A stretch of DNA of 64,000 nucleotides. It comes from the human T2T-CHM13v2.0 reference genome, Homo sapiens. The stretch's first letter is position 1. Each line of letters begins with the position of its first letter. The notes under the pieces are model-generated. The model was not told the DNA's origin, ran no database searches, and worked only from the letters and a program-made list of their open reading frames with translations. The translations under genes and the position numbers were made by a program. Positions 55,478 to 64,000 of the stretch are shown piece after piece. The stretch lies in assembly GCF_009914755.1 (NCBI RefSeq), contig NC_060927.1; one strand, given 5' to 3'.

Positions 55478-55925
55478 AGTATTTTGGGTTACTGTCCTGA
55501 ATCATGTTTCCTCTCTAAAACAGGATTATACATCTCTATTTATTGTCAAATGACTTGTCATACATTCTCTGGGAAAGAACCACATTCCCACCTCATTGAT
55601 TCTGCGCTTGGCCACCATGTGATATGCACTGGCCGTGTGACCAAAAGAACGGTGAGCAGACATTTGCCATGATTAAACAGAAGCCTTTAGTGTAACTGTG
55701 TGGATGGCTGAAGCTTTTCTGTTCTTGCCCTCCACCATGAGAATATCATGTCTCCAGACAGGGGTTGTTGCTCTTTCAGTAAAGGTTCCACAATGCAAAG
55801 AAACATAGAGCAGAACTACACTCACCTAGACTCATGCCCTGAAGCGCTCATGGTGTGTGAGCATGAATTAAATATTTATTGTAAGCCACTCAGCTTTATA
55901 GTTGGTCTTCACACAGAACACAGAA
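55478..55925 (+). mobile_element. Old MaLR LTR (MLT1I/J-like)
   Basis: CTTGGCCACCATGTGA..TGGCC..CAGAAGC.TTTA..CCCTCCACCATGAGAATATCATG..TTATTGTAAGCCACT. Confidence 0.6.
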
Positions 55926-56129
55926 GAAAACCTTATGCATAGGGCAAATTATTGAAGACTGATTTTATTTTAATTTAAGGATAAGAATGATATCATATTG
56001 CCTTTTTATAGTTTGGCACATTAAAAGGTTCTAAATAAATATTTTGAATTAATATAATTGCAATAAAGTAAAACAGGTTGTGTTTAACGATGTAGAAATT
56101 AAAACTTTAAAAATTAGTTCTCCTTTGTG

Positions 56130-56990
<861 letters not shown>

Positions 56991-57737
56991 AATATAATTT
57001 GAATTAAAGTAGCTTTCAACCATTAGTTTATAAATCAAAACAGAACAAATATTACATTGATCCAATTCAGCAAGTTGGGTTGTAAAGAATGATGATGCTC
57101 TTGAAAGCACGCCAGGTAACCCTAATCAGTGGTCCATTCTAGCTCTAAATTAGTAAGGATTAAGGATAGGTTGTTCCTGAGCCTTTCCAGAGCTTCCGCC
57201 CATATCCAAGGAAGACCTTTCCCCCTTAATCTATAAACGGAATGACTGGGACACAGAAAAGTGACATGCACACAAAACATACAACTAATGTAGGTGCCAG
57301 TGAAGGGCATGAGAGAGCATGATGCACAAGGTTGCAAGCCTTAGATGACTGGAAATACCAGCTTGGTCCAAGAATTATTTTTCCAGAAATACTGAAATAA
57401 ATACAGAAAATACAAGGAAAGCACAAATTCAAAGATGTTTCTACCCACTGATGGGAAAGTTGTAAAGCTAAGCCAAACAGAAAAAGCCAGAGTGCTTTAA
57501 GTGATTATGGATTCCAGTATTTCAGGAGAGGCCCATGTTTTCTAGACCAAATCTTCTCATATCATAATTTTTAAATGACAAAGAAATGAAAGGATTACAC
57601 GTCAGTGCAAAAGCTGTTCTCGTGATAGGGAAATTCACAGGGACCGAACACAACTTCTATGTGTCTGAAATACGATTCCGACCTAATAGTCAGAAAATTT
57701 CCTTCCAGAAGTCCACCACTTGAAGCCTAAAATCATT

Positions 57738-57843
57738 ATAGATCAGATAGATGATAGATAGATAATAGATAGATGGTAGATATAGATGATAGATGATATA
57801 GATAGATGATAGATAGATAGATAGATAATGATAGGCAGATATA
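57738..57843. repeat. Complex (GATA)n/(GAT) tetranucleotide STR
   Basis: ATAGATCAGATAGATGATAGATAGATAATAGATAGATGGTAGAT..GATAGATAGATAGATAGATA. Confidence 0.95.
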
Positions 57844-58789
57844 TAAAATATTTCTGAAAAATAGCCTAGCCCACTCAGCAAAGAATGTAACAATCTATGA
57901 ACTTCCCAAACCATCATCAAACAGCATAAAATAGAATAACGTGATCCCCAAGAGATCACCTGCAGCTCCAGGTGAGATGACACCCGAAAGACTTTCCATA
58001 CATGGCCTAAACATTGGCTTCAGAGATCACATGTGAGCTCTATATTTTAAAGGGCAGGACAACATAAAAATAATCATAGCTACAATCTTGAAACTTTTTT
58101 CTGCATCCATTTACCTAAATGATTCTGCCCAGTGACTACCATTTAGTTCTTACCTATGAGGAAAATATTGTTATTTTTGTTTACAGATGAAAAAAAAATG
58201 AAGCCCAGAGGTCTCTAACAAAAAAGTGGCAGAATCTAAATGTGAATCCCAATTGTTTGAGTCTAAAGCCTGACTCCCACCACCACTCTACATTAACCCT
58301 GATGAATTACTCATCATTTTACCACAACATATGGGAAGTACTTGATAAATAATTAATGAATGAATTGATCAATGGCATTAAGTCCAACAGCCTCACAGCC
58401 ATCTGTAATATGCCCCCTGTTTATTTTGTTGGTATTAATCCCCACTGTGACTTTTCATGGAATTACCTCCACAAATACAACATAATGCAAAATTGCAGGA
58501 AAGAAGCTCAAACTTTGGGATCTGAGAACAAAGAAGCAAAATGGCTTCCCTGAAGTCAGACACTGAGGATCAGAGAAGTACCTAGCAGTCTAGTTTTGCT
58601 AGAAGAAAGGTTGTCTGGAGGACACTAGTGGGAGTAAAGAAAGACTGATTATAGCCAAATTGTAAATGAGTTTGGATGATCTTTACTCTGAAGGCAATAG
58701 AGAGCCATTGAATGGCTCCTAAGAGGAGGAGTAACAAGATTGGAGCCATATACAAGCAAGTATCTGATAAATGCTTTCGGATGATTAAG

Positions 58790-59285
58790 TTGATATCAGA
58801 CTAGATCCCAAAAGGATATGGCATTCTTAAGTTTGGATAATTTGAGGAATATTTACTTACAAAAGAAGTGATTACAGAAGGAAGAATGAGGTGTAGAGAA
58901 ACTACAGGGAGCAGGTAGGAACCCAGGGCTAGTAGCAGCAGAGCTGTACTAGCTTAACGGAAAAAGAAGAGAGAGGGGCTACCCAAATCCAGGGGAGAAA
59001 GCTGTACAGTGTAAACTACCCAGAAGGCAGCGGTGACATTCTGCCATGGCCAGCCAGAGGTCACTTCACAGGGAAGAAACTAGAGGAATAAAGACTGACT
59101 TTGCTTTCTCTCTTCACTCTATCTCCTGCCAGCGCTTCCCACTGGACAAACCCAACAAGCAGCAGAGTACACTCATGCCCCTCAAAGAGTTCACATAGGG
59201 GAGACCCCCAGGAAGAAAGCAGAGGTGGGAGAGTGGAGGGGATCTGGAGGCCCAAACCAACGATATCTGGCTCAAAGTCTTCCCA
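58790..59285 (-). mobile_element. Solo ERVL LTR (LTR33-like)
   Basis: ATGGCA..GGATAATTTGAGGA..ACCCAGGGCTAGTAGCAGC..CTCCTGCCAGCGCTTCCCACTGG.CAAACCCAAC..GGATCTGGAGG. Confidence 0.65.
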
Positions 59286-60079
59286 ATAACAAGAAAAATT
59301 CTATTGCAGTATAGTTTATAGACAATTTTTAGTTACCTGTATTAAGATAAATGAAGAATAAGTAGAAACAATGGTACGATATTATTACCAGTATAAAGAT
59401 ACTTTATTCCCAATGATTGTATAACTATATTTATTTTTAAACACTAGACTCATTTATATTGTAGTTCCAGTTTCTGTAAGTATAGCAGCTATTGAAATGG
59501 AGAATGGGAGTGGAGAGAGGGGAAGAGTCAAGTCTGGCCCCAAAATACACACTTTTGATTGGTAATTTGATCTGGCATGAAAAATTAGCTATAAATTATT
59601 AGTAGCAGAAAATTGCATATGGTTGATTTAAAAATGACTTCACTCGAAACCACATATTTATAATGATAGTTTAATATGCTGTTTGATCAATTATTCTTTC
59701 AGGTTCATGACACAATAGAAAACTGTCATCAACAAGAACGTTGGTGTTTCCTAATCAGGAGCTAAGTGGTTGTACTTTACATCACTTAAAAATACAACTT
59801 GTTTCAATTCTGGAGATAATTGCTTTCCCACATGGGCATCCATAGGTTACCTCTTTGTGTGACTGATAAGCACACTGGCTTATGAAAAATGTAAGCCAGA
59901 ATTTCACTTTGCTAAGAATCGTTAAATTCAAAATATCCTTGGTAGGCATTAGGCCTAAAATCTCATTGCATTTTAGCTCTGTAACCCTGGGCAAGTCTTT
60001 TGACCTTTTTAAGCAAATATCTTGCCCTACCTAACCTCTCATAGAACATATATACTGAGCAATTACCGTTTTCCAACCA

Positions 60080-60250
60080 CCAGGTTGGTACTTATCACCA
60101 CAACCCAAGAAGCAGGTACAACAGTTATCTCCATTTTACTGATAAGAAAAGTGAGTCTTATTAATGTGGGTTAAGTAATTTACTTATAGTCTTACAGCTA
60201 ATAAATGATAAAGTAGGATTAGAATCCAGCCCCTGGCCCAACTCCAAACT
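60080..60250 (-). mobile_element. MIR SINE
   Basis: TTATCTCCATTTTAC.GATAAGAAAA.TGAG..GGTTAAGTAATTT..TACAGCTAATAAATGA..AGGATTAGAATCCAG. Confidence 0.7.
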
Positions 60251-63200
60251 ATATACTATATATCCTCCTACTCCATAATTAGTAGATAGTATATACTGTA
60301 CTATCTTCCTACCCCATAATAGTCATTTAGGGTTTGAATGAAATAACATGTTAAAATATTATGTAAAGGTAAAGAATTATACAAATGTATAATTTTTGTT
60401 TTATAATATCTAAGATTCTTGATCATTCCCTAAGTATAACTTTTCAAAGAGTCTACTGTATTCATTCTTCATGTAAATATTTTGATCATCTATTAATCAT
60501 TTTCAGTTTTCTTGTGACTAAGATAAAATTTTCAAATACTAGACTGTGGAAAAGCATACTTGAAGTAGTTAAAGGTGAACACCGGCTGAAAGAAAAATGA
60601 AGTTTAGAAAATTCTTTTAAAAACTATCATAGTATTTAATTGGTCTTCAGAATTGGATTACTGTTTCAGTGTAACTGTTGACTTGCATAAACTCAAAAGA
60701 AACAGTTTCTCATATTCCAGTAAGCATGAAACATACTGTTGGTGTTGTCCTGATGTTATGTTATATATTTTAATTCTTACTAAAAGTTTTCTCTGGTTAG
60801 AACCTGCTCAGTCCACTTTTCTGCAGAACAGACATCACTAAGGCAAAATAAATCTCCGGTTGTACATATTGATCAAAATATGGAAGCCTAAAAGAGGCAT
60901 GCTGTTTGAAAAACACTGTGAAACATCATGCAGATGAGTGTTCTTATCCAAAGCCAAATTCTTCCCTTCTTTTAGTTCTTCTTTTTCTGGATACAGGAAA
61001 TATATTCCCTTTTGAAGAGGCAATATGCCTGGGCCTCCCTCCTTCTCCTCACCAGTGTCTAAAAGGAATTATTCCACTTCCAAGGCCACAGGAGACTATA
61101 TCAGTGCCATCTATGTTTAGAGTCTAACACCATCATCCTTTCAGAAGGCAGCAGTAGCAGCTATCTCAAAAGACAGAGCAGTAGGATGGGTCCCTGAGCA
61201 GATGCCCACCTGTCCAAAGTCCCAGGCTCCATCTGAGTCAGGTGTCATTGAAACATATCACCCAGTGAAAGTCACATGGAGTCTTAATAATGCAGATTTA
61301 GTCAACTTCTTTATTTCAGATGTCCAACTAAAAACACCTGGGAGACCTTAAGCATTATCTATTTTCTCTTTCACCAAACAAAATGATAAATGGAAAAAAA
61401 AAGTCTGCAGACTCTCCTATCTTCCTTAGCAAACCAAAATAAAGAGAGATTCCTTACTCTTGAATGGTAGGTGTGAGTAAGGTGGGGGAGAAAAATAGCA
61501 GCATGAGTCTACTAACCTAGTCTGGTTAAACAAAATCCTGTTTTACACTCTCATGACAATGCTACCCAGTTCATTTGGTCCATTTTAACTGAATGCCTCC
61601 ACTGTGCCCAGTTTCTGGAGTTTGCACAATTTAAGTTGCATTTCCCATCCCCTAGAATATTAAGAAGTAAGAATATTTTAAAAATTATTACGGTAACATG
61701 AGTTAGGCTAAAGAATAAGATTACAGGTAATGAAGACCCTATAAACACTATAGAGCATATACAATCAGGAATTTTTACAGACTCGAGAACTGGGGAAGGG
61801 TTTGTGGCACAGATATGGGCCAGCCTGGGTTTGAAAGACAAAATTGGGATTGAGAAAGAGAAGAAAGAAGGATTTGGGGGCTGGAGGAGGGGGGAAATGC
61901 CATGCAGATGATGAAAAGATAATAGCAAAGAGGACATCAGTGCTCTGGGAATATTTGGCTGGCACCAACAAGTAGAATTATTTTCTGTGGGGATGGAGAC
62001 AAAGAAAGGGAATTACAGAATCTAACGACAACTGAAACAATTTCAGTGCTAAGCATTGATTATTATAGAGACAGAATAAAGAGGAAAAAACTTAATCGTA
62101 AGACTTCGCAAAGGAACCTTACCATTCTTCTCACCCTTGCCAACAAAACCTATTTTTCTCCCACAAAACCTGGACTATGAGATTCTAGCATTTCACTTGG
62201 CACAATCACCTTTAAGTATCAACATTAACTTCCTTCACTTCTCCTCTAAATACAAGATTTTGAATATCAGTACGAGAGCCCATGGCTAATTCTAGGAAGT
62301 CACTCATTGTAGAAATGGCATATAATTGCTGTGCTGGCCAGTGCAAAGAGGATATGCTTATTACTAGAGAAGATAGTCCTCTTTCCAAGAGGAATCTGAG
62401 ACAAATGATGCTTCCATGTATAGAAACAATAAAAGAGCGAAGGTATTTTGCAAATAAAGTTGTCCATTGAGTAGACTCATTGCTAAATGCAGAAAGCATG
62501 TATCTCACTATGGGGAAACACTGAGACCTCTTTCAACTCTCCCTACACTGAAGCAACATAAAAAGTTTCTGTCCAAAGTCCCAATCACCAGCAATATGGA
62601 ACACAGCAAAAGTCATTTACAGTCTTATTCCATACATGATATATTCTACATTAAGAATAAAATAACTCATTACATTGTGAAACCTAGAATGGAATCCAAA
62701 CCAGCTTAACTGCATTATCTTGTGACATTCACCCATTACTATTGATTGATCAAAGTGTTTTCTTTGTCTGCATGCTGAGCTAACACAGATTAATTACTCC
62801 ATGATCCGTTTAAAATTAAATCAAAGAAGGCTCCATTATAATTGGTCAGACATAACATGAAGGCAGGGAAAGGAGTAGCAGTGGTTAATGCCCTGTATGC
62901 TTAATTTATTTTTCTAAAAAAACATGCTGAATTTAACCTCCCCTCAAAATCAAGTAACTATAATGCTGAAAGATGACATTTTTTTATTTGCTGTATGTCT
63001 TGTTCAGAATACTGCATATAAGAGAAATTTCATTTCTAAGATCTCTAGGGCTTGCTGAGGAATGACTTTTATCAGCATTCTTCAAAATACATTTCATGTA
63101 AGGGTACGTTGATATAAAATTTTTAAAGAAAACTCTTTGAAAATGAAAAAGAGCATAAATAGCTTGGATGGTTTAAAAAAATGCACTTATCCTCTCTGAG

Positions 63201-64000
63201 GAAAAAAAAAATCATTTGTCCTGATGTATACTGGACCCTAGTCTTTCTTTTCAGATTCCATTGGGTAGCAGTCATTTCTTTTGATAGGATTTACCAGTAT
63301 CTCCAACTAGGGGAAGGTCCTAATTAATCCACATCTATAAAGGTAATCCTATGCATCTTGTTTGTTTAAGATAAACTAGGTCTATACCAATCAATTAATA
63401 ATAATTCTCTGGCCACAGAGATTTCATGAATGTTGTTCAGTGGCATCCACACTATCCTGCTGAGTAGTGTAAGTTTGCTTCAGGCAGCCTCCTATCCATG
63501 GCCACAAGAGAAACCAATCTAAGAATGAAGCCAGTAACACTGTAAATGGCAGAGCGAAAAGTGAAGAAAAATCTAGTTCTTGATGAAAGAGTTGTACCAC
63601 TCGACCAGCCCACCCTGAAGTTCGGTCTACGTCTGGATTTTCCAATAAAATGAATCACGTTATCCCCTGGTGTTTAAGCCAGGCTGAGTCATATTTTCTG
63701 AAATTCTGCCCAAAAGTATCCTAACCACTATGCAACATGTATTGCTCAATTGTTCACAGAGCCTATAGTCAGAGAATAATAAACTGAACCTTAAAGACTG
63801 CTGGGTATTCAAGCATATTTTTATTTGTCTAAATATGAAGAAGTAAAGAAGAGTCACATGAAGAAGATAAGATGATTTTTAGGAATAGTAACTAATGGGG
63901 ACTCCTGGGCCCAATGTTTGCTACTATGTCATTATCACAAGCCAACCTTATCACTGCTGAGAATGGTAAGAACATTGCACCTCATTATTGGGATCACTAT

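Overview
This window is primate (human-type) nuclear DNA, not microbial: AT-rich, CpG-depleted and densely filled with interspersed repeats. It holds 10 Alu SINEs (mostly with target-site duplications), 5'-truncated L1 pieces of several ages, old L2/MIR/CR1 remnants, solo MaLR/ERVL LTRs, a full-length THE1A-type provirus with a TGCAG TSD, hAT and Tigger DNA-transposon fossils, and microsatellites. I find no supportable protein-coding gene; the supplied ORFs are chance ORFs or translations of Alu, L1 or THE1 sequence. The region reads as intronic or intergenic. The best non-repeat signals are a near-consensus CTCF site (~26.57 kb), a ~200-bp imperfect palindrome (~6.74-6.94 kb), a ~97-bp local duplication (48.3 kb vs 49.8 kb), and a few short segments with strong splice signals that may be non-coding exons. 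I see no convincing evidence of a new multi-gene system. Repeat subfamily names come from remembered consensus sequences and need RepeatMasker/Dfam confirmation; the locus cannot be named from sequence alone.
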